DNA of 64,000 nt. Source: Mustelus asterias. Its lineage: Eukaryota. The position numbers and the translations under genes were made by a program. The stretch lies in assembly GCF_964213995.1 (NCBI RefSeq), contig NC_135830.1:11780001-11844000 (forward strand). Direction: 5' to 3'. Below are positions 13,396 through 25,609 of this stretch, in pieces (positions within the stretch are counted from its first letter, which is position 1; each line of letters starts with the position of its first letter). Under the pieces are notes generated by a model, which saw only the letters and a list, made by a program, of their open reading frames with translations, did no database searches and was not told the origin of the DNA.

Positions 13396-14561
13396 TTTCG
13401 AAATGGGTTAATTTCAAATGATTCAGATTTATTCTTGCTTTTCACGAAACATTGATTGAACGGTTGAGGTTTTGTGGCATTTAAAATGGGAATCACTCAG
13501 TAAAGAGATTAAAAGCGAAGGTCTGTGATAGAGAGCATAACAGGATGGGTTAACTGACACAAGGAATGATGGACAAGGGCAACATTGGGTGGTTCCCAAT
13601 ATTTTTATACTTTGCTGCTTTTATGGGTGAACTCCAGCTCTCCATTCCTCCGGCAATTTCACCGCTCAAACTGAGACTTTCTCCATCCCGCTTTGTTAAT
13701 CCCACAGTTACTTCTTTCTGAATGAAAACTGCTTGCAATCAGTCGAAGTCAAATAGTTTTGTGCTTCATTCAGCGAGAAGTTTTCTTATCATTTAGCCCG
13801 ATATTTTTATCCAGAAATGAGTGAAATTTGTGCCAATGCAAACGGTTAATTCTGACCCATTATCAACCAGATTTTACCTAGTGCCACCATCTCCATCGTC
13901 AGCGCTTTCCATCCTATCTCTGTCCTTCACTATCTGTGTTTCTTTTTGACCTTTTGTCCATGTGACATTTCCAACTCGGAAGCAAAACTACAAACCTCAC
14001 TCCAACGTTTCTGGCAGAGCTGCTTTGGACCAGGAAGTATTACAGTTTGTTTATCAAAAACATTAAGTCTTAGTGCATCGAAGCCAGCCTGTGACCCCGA
14101 AAGCACCGAACACTAGCCACGAGACCAGCAGGATGTAATTTTCCTGATTCTCGCAGTCACGGATTACAGGAATGTGCATAGTGCCAATTAAACACAGTCA
14201 CCCACTCCTTCCAGTCTGTTAAGATATGAAATTGTTCATATTTTCACACTAGCTTCCAGTATGACCAAAGCAGAGCTGTGACAAGCTGATGTTGTTCAGA
14301 ATTTTTACCACACTCAGGTTTATAACACTTCGATGCCAACATTCCTCGAACGTGGTGAGCTACAGTGAAATTTAATGCAGTTGAAGATAGCATATTGAAG
14401 ATAGCTTACTCATTTTTTTCAGGAGGAACCAGCAAGGGTAAAGTAAATATGAATTGCTGTGGGTTTTTGATGGGATTGTGCATTGGGGTTGATATTTCAC
14501 TCTGCTGTTCAAATTGGCACAGGTAGTGAACGACCATTTTCAGCCTGTAGCCGTGTGTTGC

Positions 14562-14626
14562 GGTCCGTGGTGTAATGGTGAGTACTCTGGACCCTGAATC
14601 CAGCAATCCGAGTTCAAAACTCGGCT
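14562..14626 (+). pseudogene. tRNA-Gln(CTG) pseudogene, 3' acceptor strand lost
   Basis: GGTGTAATGGTGAGTACTCTGGACCCTGAATCCAGCAATCCGAGTTCAAAACTCGG. Confidence 0.75.
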
Positions 14627-14719
14627 TTAATTTGCAAATGCTGATGGTTGATTTGCTGAAGGGCATTTTGTTTAAATTTCTCACAAAGTACGAATCGAGA
14701 GGACAATTTGTCAGCCAGT

Positions 14720-15530
14720 TCAACTGCTATTACAATGCACATTGCTGAGCTTCTGGTGCCAGGTGCCTGCAACATCAGTGTTTTTCATCTTTTCGCTGCT
14801 CTTTAACTCCTCTGTTGAAAAAAAGAAACAGTTGGTGTCACACAATAACAATTCGACTGGAGTCTGGCNNNNNNNNNNNNNNNNNNNNNNNNNNNNNNNN
14901 NNNNNNNNNNNNNNNNNNNNNNNNNNNNNNNNNNNNNNNNNNNNNNNNNNNNNNNNNNNNNNNNNNNNNNNNNNNNNNNNNNNNNNNNNNNNNNNNNNNN
15001 NNNNNNCAGAGTGCTGTTGATTCAATGGGTGGCGGTTCACACTCTGGCCTCTCGCCTCCTAACTTTTGTTTAAATTGGGACAGGTAACAGAGTGAACTAC
15101 ACCTCCAGGTGGACACAAAGCCCACTGTCGCTTCCCCGACTCTCAGCGCTTTGTATTCTTGAGCAATCGTTCTCTGGGGCTGATGCAATGACGCCAAGAG
15201 AGTCATTCTCTGCAACAACTGCAACTTGCACATTGCTGAGTCTCTGGCGAAAGATGCCTGCATCAGCAATGTTTTTTTTCATCTTTCGCTGCTCTTTAAA
15301 TCATCTGTTGAAAGAAAGGAGCAGTTGGTATCACACAACAACAACAATTCGACTGGAGATTGGCAATTATTGAGCAAGTGTGTGTGTGTGTGTTTTGGGA
15401 GAAAGGCCGAGTGTTATAGGTCAGAGTGCTATCATTTCCATGTCGTAACGCTTCGCAGTTTGGACTCTCGCCGTCCCACCTCTTGTTTAAATTGGGACAG
15501 ATGAGTGAGTGAATGGTACAAGTAGGTGGA
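14720..15530. repeat. Local tandem duplication spanning an assembly gap
   Basis: 14720-14868 recurs at 15215-15365; 15007-15100 recurs at 15421-15530. Confidence 0.7.
14869..15006. other. Assembly gap (N run)
   Basis: Run of N. Confidence 1.
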
Positions 15531-16115
15531 TCCCCAACAAAATATATACTGAATTCGTAACATCATTTGAAATGATTAATCCTCTTTATGTTTCATTTCA
15601 TGTCAAACAGGGTGACACATCCTTGTATCTTATTATTTAAAACCTCAGCCCTTTGACGATGCAAACAGGTCAAGTTCAGTCAAAGAAAACTACTCCACAT
15701 TGAACGAGAAAAAAAGACACTAAAGGTACTGCAAACCCCACCTCAAAACAGAAAATATTGGAAACAGCAGGTCAAACAGCGTCTGTGGTGAGGGAAACAG
15801 AATGAATGGTTCGGGTCGCTGACGTTTTATCCAAACTGGAAGAAGTTAGATGTTTAATGGTTTACGAGCAAATACAGAGTGAGGGAAAATAGAGGGCGAG
15901 AACCCTATTTATGATCTTGTGATAGGATGTAAGGCTGGAGTGATTGAATGACAATGAGGATGATTATTGTTCCCACTGACATAATCTTCCAGATCTTGCT
16001 TTAAACCTTGCGCAAAATGAGAAGAAATTTGCTCTCTGAATTAAGGACTAAACTCTTCGACTGCCCGGGAAGCAGGGATAGCTTTAATTCAGAAAGCAGT
16101 GACGGTGAGATTAGT

Positions 16116-16365
16116 GGGGCGGCACGGTGGGACGGTGGTTTGCACTGCTGCCTCACAGGGACAGGGACCCGAGTTAGATTCCCTGTTTGGGTCACTATCT
16201 GTGTGAAGTATGCACGTTCTTCCCGTGGCTGCATGGGTTTTCTCCCACAGTCGGAAAGATGTGCTGGTTAGGTGCACTGACCCGAGTGGGCGCTGGAGTG
16301 TGGCGGGTCGGTGAATTTCATCATAAATTGCAAAGTTAGCCTTACTTGTGACTAACAAAGCAAAG
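16116..16365 (+). mobile_element. HE1-related tRNA-derived SINE with a different 3' tail
   Basis: HE1-like head and core; tail CCTTACTTGTGACTAACAAA is not CR1-like. Confidence 0.75.
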
Positions 16366-16427
16366 CGGGATAGAGAAAGACTCCGTTTGAACGGTGACAC
16401 TGCCAAGACTTCACCAACGAAAGCAGC

Positions 16428-16500
16428 AAACACAGCGTGGGGCTCGAACCCACGACCCTGAGATTGAGAGTTTCATACTCCACCAACTGACCGCGAGGGA
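16428..16500 (-). pseudogene. tRNA-Lys(CTT)-derived pseudogene (loop now reads CTC)
   Basis: GTGGGGCTCGAACCCACGACCCTGAGATTGAGAGTTTCATACTC is the reverse complement of a tRNA-Lys body. Confidence 0.8.
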
Positions 16501-17009
16501 CACATATCAGAACTGGCACTTAATATTCTAAAATGCGTGGAGACAAATATGGCTTTGCCATCTGGTGTCTCAGCTTGTTCTGATTACAATGTTTACAATT
16601 AATCAACCTACAGAATGCTTGAGGTAAGAAGGCACTCCTCTCTATCATCAATAACTTCATTTACATCTTCCACTTCTTAGCTTCACCTCCTTTCAAACAT
16701 TGCAAACTCCTCCTACATCTTTCACCTGAACATTTTTGATCTAAATACTCAAAACAGGTGGGGGAAACAGCGTCACAGTATGTCCGAAGTCAAACTGTCA
16801 CCCCATTTTCAGACGTTTCAATCTGGTTAAGTGAATGTCCGCAAGGATTGTCACCTTTTGAAAATGCCTGGATTCTCTGTGAGTGTGTTGTGCTCACAGC
16901 AGCATTGCCGTGTGCGCTCAGGTTCTCAAATCATGTCCCATGTGAGCCAATTCCGCCATGTCACGGGAATGAAACTAACAAAATCCACGTCTTACCCATT
17001 ACAAAACAA

Positions 17010-17097
17010 GGGCGTGTTCAAGATTTGAACCCGGGACCTCTTGAAAGCTTTTGGACTTTAAACACCCAAAGTGAGAACACCCCTAGACCAACAAGCT
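17010..17097 (-). pseudogene. tRNA-Pro(TGG) relic with a 19-nt intron-like insert at position 37/38
   Basis: Pro body TTGGTCTAGGGG...CTCAC TT TGG G [17064-17046] T TCAAG AGGTCCCGGGTTCAAATC. Confidence 0.75.
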
Positions 17098-17539
17098 ATC
17101 GGTACAAAAGCGCGTCAACTAAATATATATTTTATTGCCATCCAAAAGCGGATCAGACATCTGCACTGAAATGTGGCAACGTTGGAAAAACTCAGGAAGT
17201 CAGACAGCGTCTGTCCATAGGGAAACAAAGATAAATATTCACCTCCAAGACCTTTCATTAACATTGGGAATGTTTAGAGATGTTGGGAGTTCAAAACAAA
17301 TGAAATCCAGCAGGGAGGAAACATAACAACATCTGGTAGGGTGGAAGCCTGGAGAAAATGAATGAGGGAAACAGAGAATCACAGAATGATTATACCACAG
17401 GGTGAGACGATTACAAAGTTACTTGCACGACCGACGTGCGTTGTGGGTGAAGGGGAACCAGAGGACGTACTGTGCATATATTTCAACAGAACCACAGTGA
17501 TGAGGTTGGTGGGCTTGAAAGTTGATCGTTACGCGAAGA

Positions 17540-17950
17540 AACATAGAAACGTAGGAATTGGGAGCAGGTGTCGGCAAATTCAGCCCTTTGGTCCTGTTCC
17601 GCCATTCAATCAGATCATGGTTGACCTCTCTTTGATCTGAAATCTACCTCCCCACCTGTTCTCTATACCCCTTTGATGCGTTTTTCTCTATCAGAAATAT
17701 TTCTATCCCTTCTTGAAATCATTCAATGATTCAGACTCCACCGCGCTATGGGACAGCGAGTTCCATCAATGCACCACCCTTTGCGAGAAGTAGTTCTTCC
17801 TCATCTCAGTTTTAAATCCACGGGCTCTCAAACTATACACGTTCTTGTTCTTGATTGTCCCATAAGAAGAAGCTTTTGGTCTACCTTTTCTTTATCAATC
17901 CATTTAGAATTTTATATACCTCTATCAGATCCCCTCCCCATCCTTCTAAA
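17540..17950 (-). mobile_element. CR1 3' fragment
   Basis: Homologous to 11835-12250. Confidence 0.75.
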
Positions 17951-18469
17951 CTTTAGCATTTTGTGGGACCATTTCACCTCACTGTCAATTCCATGACCCA
18001 GCGAATTCAACCCGTGTTGTCATTGGCTTAAGGAAGCAATTATGTTCCATCCAAACAGGACATTTTGAAGGAGAAACGTGTCACAAGTGAAAAAGAACTG
18101 AGATGAAAATAATGAGCAAAGGGACATGTGTGAAGTCAGTTTGAAAAACACAGTTCACCGGTTTCAGTCGTCCAGTGGCTTGTGTTCATCACTCTCCCTG
18201 TGATGTCTGGTTTCAATTCCCGCTTTGGAAAAGAAGACTATTTGCTCTCAGCAAACCATTAATAATGATCTGATTTACTCTCTGATCGAAAGCAGATCTA
18301 CTAGAATCAGCCGAGTGAGGTTTGCAAGTTTACATCAGAGCTGGAAGTTTCACATGTGCAACAGTTCAAGAACAAACACAGAAAGAGAAGGACAGTGATA
18401 GGGTGTATAGTACGAACGATTGAGAAGTTGTTGCAAGGTAAAATCTGTTTTGGTAATTAGTCAGATTTT

Positions 18470-19260
18470 ACCGTTTACATTGACACTGAATTATGAAACT
18501 TTTTCCCGCACTCTTCATTGAAAAGCATTTGGAAATATTTCTGTCCGGTTTCGAACCGTTGGAAACGAAAGTGATAATTGCACTGGAGTGTTTGTTATAT
18601 GTTGTCATTGGCTGAACACATCACTGGTGTTGAAACAGAAGGCGCCATTTTGCAGGAGAAAGCTGTTTGTGGCGAAAGTGGCGTGAAAATTAAAGTAACA
18701 AAAGCAGCGTGGATAATTTAAATTCTAAAACACGCTGCTGGTCTGGTGATTAGAGTTTGACTTTTTCGCTGCTGTTTAGATTACTGGTCTGGAATTGAAG
18801 ATTTATTGCCACCATCCAAACTCTGAAAACAAATATGAGTTATTGCCTGGATGAACATATAAAACATAATATGATCCTTAAGTGCAAACTCTGTGCAAAT
18901 TCAACAGGAGGTTCCGTTGTCATTTCTGGCAGGAAATTGGGAAGAGACGAGCTGATGGACAGTTTAAATGATGCCGGCCGTTCACTGCAGCTCATTGTGT
19001 TTCTGACATGAGGTGATTTCTGTTTGTTGCGCAGTTTAGGTTTACCTGAATCAGAGAAGGAGCAGGCTCATGCTTCCTGATGGCCTTTCCAAGTTTCATT
19101 GCTTTTATTGAATTTCAGTAACATTATCATTAAATAACATGACCGCGATATATTCCGAAGTGGTAGCGTGGCCGAGCGGTCTAAGGCGCTGGATAAAGGC
19201 TCCAGTTTCTGCGGAGGCGTGGGTTCGAATCCCACCGCTGCCAAAATAAATTTGCGTTTT
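18470..19260 (+). repeat. ~0.8-kb module (tRNA-Val relic, spacer, tRNA-Leu); inverted copies at ~58400-59200 and ~62800-63730
   Basis: Shared blocks such as TTTCGAACCGTTGGAA, CAGAAGGCGCCATTTTGC, AAAAGCAGCGTGGATAA, TTCACTGCAGCTCATT. Confidence 0.75.
19162..19243 (+). tRNA. tRNA-Leu(AAG), near-intact (U33 replaced by A)
   Basis: 82 nt GGTAGCGTGGCCGAGCGGTCTAAGGCGCTGGATAAAGGCTCCAG...GGTTCGAATCCCACCGCTGCCA; A and B boxes intact. Confidence 0.85.
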
Positions 19261-19424
19261 GGTCTAACAGCTCAGATTGAGTGCAGGAGTGCGTGCAGTG
19301 TCGTTTTCGTCATGAGCAACGAGCAGGGACATGACCAACTTAAAACGTTGTTGGGGTAAAGCAGCGTGTGTTCAAGTGGCTCCTTTCGAGAGCACACATA
19401 GGCTGAATTTCTGACTGCCGAGTT

Positions 19425-19550
19425 GAACAACCTGATGAAGAAGCAGTTCTCCTGAAAGTTCGCAATTCCAAATAAGCCTGTTGGACTTTTACCTGGTGAG
19501 AATTCTTACTGTACCCACTCCAGTCCAACGCCGGCATCTTTGCATCATGA
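19425..19550 (+). mobile_element. Penelope pseudo-LTR fragment with hammerhead-like core
   Basis: CTGATGAAGAAGCAGTTCTCCTGAAAGTTC...CTGTTGGACTTT...CCAGTCCAACGCCGGCATC. Confidence 0.65.
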
Positions 19551-20774
19551 TATAAATAACAGGATTACAAACAGTGAGACTGTATTCCCTGCCCAGGAAT
19601 TAAGGTGATGGACTTGAATTTTCGAAGTGAAGTTCAAAACCTATCATGTACACGTCCCATCATTCCTCGTTCTAACCAGATATTTTCAGAATTAACCTGG
19701 CTCTTGTGATAACCACCGAACTACAGAAACACGGTGTGATGACCTCGGGGCAAGCAGATCCGGTTTACTGAAGAAACAACTAGACTGGCTCCAGAAGCCC
19801 ATCTTTTGCCCACAGCAATTGATATTACATTGTCTCTGCTGATTTTTCCTGTCAAAATGAATAATGATACTTCCTACTGCATTAAAGTTTCGTAATAACA
19901 TGTTCGAGAAAAAGTATTCATGACGTGTAAAGCAAATCAACTGAACACCTGAAATTTGCGGCATTTGATCACTTTCCCCCACAAATGCTGCTGCCTCGAA
20001 TTCAATGCCTCAGAACACTCATCAACGCTTTTAACAGAGGTGATCCCTATCAGATCTGGTGCTGCAGGGAACGGAATTAGTGGAGTAGGGTTGGCTCACA
20101 TGTCCCATGGAGTCTCCTCCGGAATTTAAGGAGAACATGACGAATCCCAGGAATCAACATCAATTTCCAAACGTATCCTGATGGCCCTTCATTCCCTTAG
20201 ATTCCAAAAATATCTCCCCCTGAAACTCCAATATTCTCATTAACTGAGGATCTACAGACCTCTGGTGAAGGGTCACCCAGACTCGAATCGTTGGCTCTAT
20301 TCTCTCTCCATAGATGCTGCCAGACCTGCTGAGATGTTCCAGCATTGTCTATTTTTGTTTCAGATTCCAGCATCCGCAGTATTTTGCTTTTACCGCCACC
20401 ATTTACATTCCCTTTGATTTATTTTCCATCACAACTTTGTCAACTCTTCCCCACGGCTCCCACCCTCACACAACATATCCCACACTTAAAGTATCAATCT
20501 TGTCCTCTTTTCCTGTCTTCGGCTTTGATGACTGACCATACAGATTTGAAATGTTGGCTCTATTCTCTCTCCAGAGATGCCGTCATGCCTGTTGAGATTT
20601 TCGAGCATTTTAAGTTTTTCTTTTAAGTTCCAGAATCTGCAGTAATTGGCTGTTGACTGAAGCAGTCATTCGTGTTCGATCTAAACATGAGGTTGTTTTT
20701 TCCCGACAAACCTTTGTCGAGTATTTGAAAAACGCTGCAAGGTATCGGTCAGATTAAATTGCCAATTTGTATAT

Positions 20775-20846
20775 TCCCTGGTGGTCTAGTGGTTAGTATT
20801 TGGCGCTTTCACCGCCGCGGCCCGGGTTCGATTCCCGGTCATGGAA
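20775..20846 (+). tRNA. tRNA-Glu(TTC), near-intact with a few stem mismatches
   Basis: 72 nt TCCCTGGTGGTCTAGTGGTTAGTATTTGGCGCTTTCACCGCCGCGGCCCGGGTTCGATTCCCGGTCATGGAA. Confidence 0.85.
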
Positions 20847-21371
20847 TGTAGATTTTATAGCTGCCGACCAGCACATGATTTCGGAGGGGCTGAAATTACC
20901 TCCTGATCGATAACAGGAGTGATCATTGTGCCAGTTTGAACTCCCTGGAGAAACAAAATAAACCCATTTGCACAATCCCGTCAATTGTCCCCGGCAACTT
21001 TTCATTACATTCCCCTTGCTGCTTCCTCCTGTCAAAATGAATAATAATGCATCCTACCCCACTAAATTTCACTGTAGCTCACCACATTCACAGATCATTC
21101 GTAACCTCTGCCTCTTCTATAGCTTCTTGTGGGAAATCTGCTGAACAACATTACCTGATCACAGCTCTGCTGTGATATCAGAGATTTGTATCTCATTGTT
21201 CATCATTACGGTCTCCATTGCTTTATTCCAGGTAACTGTCGCTACAGACATAGTCACACAGTCATTCTACTTTCTGCAGCAAATGATATACTCTTCCTTT
21301 GCTTTCAGATACTTTCACCTCCAGAAACTGATTACACGCTCAGTAAAATGTTCTGTTTAGTTGACAGTTTA

Positions 21372-21430
21372 TCATCAATCCCGGGCCTTGGCGGTGAAAG
21401 CATTGACTCTGAACGACTTGACCACCCGGC
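21372..21430 (-). pseudogene. tRNA-Glu(TTC) relic
   Basis: CAATCCCGGGCCTTGGCGGTGAAAGC...TTGACCACC. Confidence 0.55.
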
Positions 21431-21877
21431 CTCCACCATCACCAGCTAAATGTTGCCTTATCCATCACTCCCTGTTTCATTTAATCACCCTCCCTTGCTT
21501 TATATCACAGACCGTTCCTTCTGTTCTTTTCACAGGCTGATTCATGGCGTTACCATCAGAAAATGTTGGAAATACTCGGCAGTTAATGATTCGTGGCAAA
21601 TGTGTGATTATTTCTGAAAGCTGAATTACTCTGAAATTGAAAACATTTGGAAATGTTTCTGTAAAGGTGAAATACTGCTCATGCTGCAACCCGAAACACA
21701 CAAAACGAATACTGGAAAATCTCAGCAGGTCTGGCAGCATCTGTTAAGAGAGAACAGAGCCAGTGTGTCGAATCAGGAAATCTGGTGAAGGGTCATCCAG
21801 ATTTGAAACGTTGGTTTCCCCACAGATGCCGTCAGTTCTGCTGAGATTTTCCAACATTTTCTATTCCTGTTTAATAC

Positions 21878-21945
21878 ATTTCTGCCCAGGATTGAACCAG
21901 GAAACTTGCGTGTGTACGGCGAACGCGATAATTACCAGAAACGCT
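21878..21945 (-). pseudogene. tRNA-Val relic
   Basis: TTTCTGCCCAGGATTGAACCAGG...GCGTGTGTACGGCGAACGCGATAA. Confidence 0.55.
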
Positions 21946-22084
21946 GCGGTGCAACGATGTAAGGAAACTGGCTCCACAAACACGTCAATTGCCCACAGCA
22001 ATTTATATTTGCATTGTGTTTACTGGTACCTCCTGTTAAAATGTTTAACGACACATTCTACTGCATGAAATTCACGTGATAACA

Positions 22085-22263
22085 TGCACGACCGACCTTG
22101 TATTAAGTTGATCTTTCTCGACACCCTAGCTATGACTGTAACAGTACATTCTGCAATCTTTCGTTTCCTTCCCGATGAACGATATGCTTTTTCTGTGCAG
22201 CGCACAAGAAAAATGCTTTTCACTGTATGCTGATGCATGTGACAATAAAAAAATCAAATCAAA
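22085..22263 (+). mobile_element. Rex1-like 3' UTR fragment
   Basis: Matches 8470-8652; ends AATAAA...TCAAATCAAA. Confidence 0.8.
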
Positions 22264-22659
22264 GGTACTCAAGGAAATTAATTAATTGAACATTCAGCAG
22301 TGATGGGTTTCGATCATACGCCTTAACGAATGCTCCTACCCTGAATTCAGTGCCTGAGACTTCAATGCTGTCAGCAGAAGCCATTGGTACTGGATCTGGT
22401 ATTGAGAGTGTACAGAATCAATGAAGTAGAACTGGGTCACATGTCCCATTGAGCCTCCTCCACGATTGATTCAAGGCAGATCCGCAACCTCAACCCCAAT
22501 TTCCAAGCTTATCCCAATAGCCCTTCATTCCCTTAGATTTCAAAAACTACTCCAACTCAACCTTCAATGTCCTCATCGACTGAGGATCCACACACCTCTG
22601 GCCGGCTGCAGAATTCTAAAGATTCACAAGCCTTTGAGAGAAGAAATATCTCCTTACCT

Positions 22660-25527
22660 TAGGATTGAGATGTGTTTACTTTAATGCCAGGGGTATAGTG
22701 AATAAAGGGGTTGAGCTCAGAGCGTGGATCGATGCCAGGAACTATGATGTGGTGGCCATTACGTAGACTTGGATGTCTCAGGGACAGGACTGGATACTCC
22801 AGGTGCCGGGATTCAGAGGTTTCAGGAAGGACAGAGAGGGAGGCAAGAGAGGGGGTGGAGTGGCACTGCTGATCAGGGATAGTGTCACAGCTGTAGAGAA
22901 GGGGTATGCTGTGGAGGGATTGTCCACCGAGTCTCTGTGGGTGGAAGTTCGGAGTGGGAAGCGGCCGGTCACGTTGCTGGGAGTTTTCTATAGGCCGCCC
23001 AATAGTAACAGGGAGTTGGAGGAGCAGATAGGGAAACAGATCCTGGAGAAATGCAGTCATAGCAGAGTTGTTGTAATGGGAGACTTTAATTTCCCAAACA
23101 TAGATTGAAATATCCCGAGGGTAAGGGGATTGGATGGGGAAGAGTTCGTTAGATGTGTTCAGGTGGGTTTACTGACACAGCATGTGGACAAGCCTACAAG
23201 AGGAGAGGCTGTACTTGATCTGATACTGACCAATGAACCTGGACAGGTGTCAGATCTCTCAGTGGGAGAGCATCTTGGGGATAGCGATCATAACTCGATC
23301 TCCTTTCGGCTTGCATTGGAAAAAAGGAGGATCAGGCAAGCTAGGAAAGTGTTTATATGGAATAAGGGGAAATATGAAAACATTAGACAGCAAATTAGAG
23401 GAGTAAATTGGAAGGAGGTTTTCTCGGGGAAATGTACTGAAGAGAGGTGGCAGTTTTTCAAGGAATGTCTGTCTAGCGTTCTACAGGACAACGTTCCGAG
23501 CAGACAGGGAGGTGTTGGTCGGTTAGAGGAACCGTGGTGCACGAAAATTGTGCGGGACCCAGTCGAGAAGAAAAGGAAAGCGTACAAAAGGCTCAGAGAG
23601 CTTGGCGAAGATAGGGATTTAGAAGAGTATATGGCTTGTAGGAAGGGACTAAAGAAAGAAATTAGGAGAGCCAGAAGGGGTCGCGAGAAGGCCCTGGCAG
23701 GAAGGATTAAGGAGAACCCTAAGGCGTTCTATAAATATGTGAAGAGTAAAAGGAAGAGACGTGACGGAATAGGGCCTATAAAAGGTGAAGGCGGGAAAGA
23801 CTGTACGGAAACAGTAGAAATGGCAGAGGTGCTCAATGAGTATTTTGTCTCGGTTTTCACAGAGCACAAGGACTTGGGTGGATGTACTGCGGGCGTGCGT
23901 AAAACTGAAAGGAGTGAGTATGTCGACTTTAAGAAAGAGGTGTGCAGGAATCTTTGAATGGCATCAAGATAGATAAGTCGCTGGGTCCGGATGGGATGTA
24001 CCCCTGGTTACTGTGCGAGGCGAGGGAGGAGATTTCAGAGCCTCTGGCGATGATCTTTGCATCGTCGATGGAGATGGGAGAGGTGCCGGAGGACTGGAGG
24101 ATTGCGGATGTGGTCCCTATTTTCAAGAAGGGGAATAGGGATAGCCCAGGTAATTACCGACCGGTGAGACTAACCTCAGTGGTTGGTAAACTGATGGGGA
24201 AGATCCTGAGGGACAGGATATATGAGCATTTAGAGAGGTTTAGTATGCTCAAGAATACTCAGCATGGCTTTGTCAAGGGCAGAAGTGCCTTACGAGCCTG
24301 GTGGAGTTCTTCGAAAATGTGACTAAACACATTGACGAAGGGAAGGCGGTAGATGTGGTTTATATGGATTTTAGCAAGGCGTTCAATAAGGTCCCCCATG
24401 CAAGGCTTCTAGAGAAAGTGAGAGGGCATGGGTCCAAGGGGCTGCGGCCCAGTGGATCCAGAACTGGCTTGCCCAAAGGAGGCAGAGAGTGGGTATAGAT
24501 GGGAATTTTTCTAAATGGAGGTCGGTCACCAGTGGTGTGCCGCAGGGATCTGTTCTGGGACCCTTGCTGTTGATCATTTTCATAAATGACCTGGATGAGG
24601 AAACGTAGGGATGGGTTGGTAAGTTTGCCGACGACACGAAGGTCGGTGGGGTTGTGGATAGTCTGGAGGGATGTCTGAAGTTACAGAGGGACATAGATAG
24701 GATGCAAGACTGGGCGGAGAAGTGGCAGATGGACTTCAACCCAGATAAATGCATCGTGGTCCATTTTGGTAGGACAAATGGGATGAAGGAGTACAATATA
24801 AAGGGAAAGACTCTTAGTATGATAGAGGATCAGAAGGACCTTGGGGTCCGGGTCCATAGGATTCTAAAATCGGCCCCGCAGGTGGAGGAGGGGGTTAACA
24901 AGGCGTATGGTGTGGTGGCCTTTATCAATCGAGGGATTGAGTTTAGGAGTCCGGGGATAATGATGCAGCTATATCAGACCCTCGTCAGACCCCACTTGGA
25001 GTACTGTGCTCAGTTATGGTCGCCTCACTGTAGGAAGGATGTGGAAAAGATTGAAAGGGTGCAGAGGAGATTTACAAGGATGTTGCCTGGATTGAGTGGC
25101 ATGCCTTATGAGGATAGGCTGAGGGAGCTCGGTCTTTTCTCCTTGGAGAGACGAAGGATGAGAGGAGACCTAATAGAGGTGTATACGATGTTGAGAGGCA
25201 TAGATCGGGTGGACTCTCAGAGGCTTTTTCCCAGGGTGGAAATGTCTGCTACGAGAGGACACAGGTTTAAGGTGCTGGGGGGTAGGTACAGGGGAGATGT
25301 TAGGGGTAAGTTTTTCACACAGAGGGTGGTGGGCGAGTGGAATCGGTTGCCGTCAGTGGTGGTGGAGGTGAACTCAATAGGGTATTTTAAGAGACTCCTG
25401 GATGAGTACATGGAGCTTAATAGGATGGAGGGTTATAGGTAGGTGTAGAAGGTAGGAATGTGTTCGGCACAACTTGTGGGCCGAAGGGCCTGTTTGTGCT
25501 GTAGTTTTTCTATGTTTCTATGTTTCT
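22660..25527 (+). mobile_element. CR1 LINE, most of ORF2 (APE endonuclease + RT), with stops and frameshifts
   Basis: YFNAR, GGGVALL, GVFYRPP, MGDFNFP, SDHN, KSLGPDG, NYRPV, DFSKAF, KFADDTK; (TTCTATGT)n tail. Confidence 0.95.
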
Positions 25528-25609
25528 ATTATGAAGAGAAGAGAGGCTGCATACTGTTGTCTTGATTATGAAGATGATACTTGGGTTCATTTTCATTTCT
25601 GTTTCACTG

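Noticed and set aside
14720-15269. ORFs spanning N runs (also 36029-36424)
   Set aside because: Open only because of assembly gaps
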